From positions 962,885 through 1,026,884 of the forward strand of contig JAWQFM010000013.1 of the NCBI GenBank assembly GCA_033442325.1: a stretch of DNA of 64,000 nt, given 5' to 3'. Below, in pieces: positions 63,855-64,000 of the stretch. The position numbers and the translations under genes were made by a program. The notes below the pieces were generated by a model that ran no database searches, was not told the DNA's origin, and worked only from the letters and a program-made list of their open reading frames with translations. This stretch comes from Salpingoeca rosetta. Lineage: Eukaryota > Protista > Choanoflagellata. How positions within the stretch are numbered: position 1 is the first letter of the stretch; each line of letters starts with the position of its first letter.

Positions 63855-64000
63855 ACACACACACACACACACACACACACACAACTCAAGCATGCACACC
63901 TGGACGAGGGAGACGAAGATGCGTCGGAGGTGGCCGCCGGTCTCGGACATGATGTCCTCTTCGAGATCGTCGCCATCAAACTTCTCCTTGTACGCCTCAC
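62397..64000 (-). CDS. Annexin (C-terminal repeats; 5' part beyond window, part probably in gap 63477-63576)
   Basis: DLEEDIMSETGGHLRRIFVSLVQ-GNRDES; DLSKAVKKEMSGDLEFAFLAVLECARNPPKFFAKRLHRAIK-GAGTDDDALIRIIVSR-SEKDLADIAEAY..SLVAAVK-DDCSGDYEKLLVALLK-stop. Confidence 0.96.

Overview
Intron-rich eukaryotic genomic DNA with five N-gaps and (CA)n/(TG)n microsatellites in most introns. The style and gene content suggest a choanoflagellate such as Salpingoeca; this is inference, not proven. Most ORFs in the supplied track are microsatellite artefacts, so genes were rebuilt by hand from GT-AG exons. About 15 protein-coding genes, in order: PSI/EGF-repeat single-pass receptor with a Tyr-motif tail (+, 5' truncated); S10 serine carboxypeptidase (-); NAK/AAK1-type kinase (+, with an assembly duplication); sideroflexin (-); two convergent claudin/PMP22-like tetraspan paralogs; SAM+LRR protein (-) head-to-head with DNMT2 (+); coiled-coil protein (-) head-to-head with a FAM221A-like gene (+); aprataxin (+); intronless Pro-rich protein with a C-terminal SH2-like domain (+); polyQ protein with a spliced double-C4 zinc finger (-); divergent SLC25 carrier (-); annexin (-, 5' truncated). 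Top leads: (1) the spliced zinc finger at 52095-53073 has a Cys spacing reminiscent of a nuclear-receptor DNA-binding domain, a family regarded as animal-specific; (2) many introns carry 5' TG and 3' CA repeats that could pair and bridge the splice sites; (3) three non-catalytic genes look like phosphotyrosine-signalling parts; (4) the carboxypeptidase lacks its catalytic Asp and the FAM221A-like gene lacks its core.
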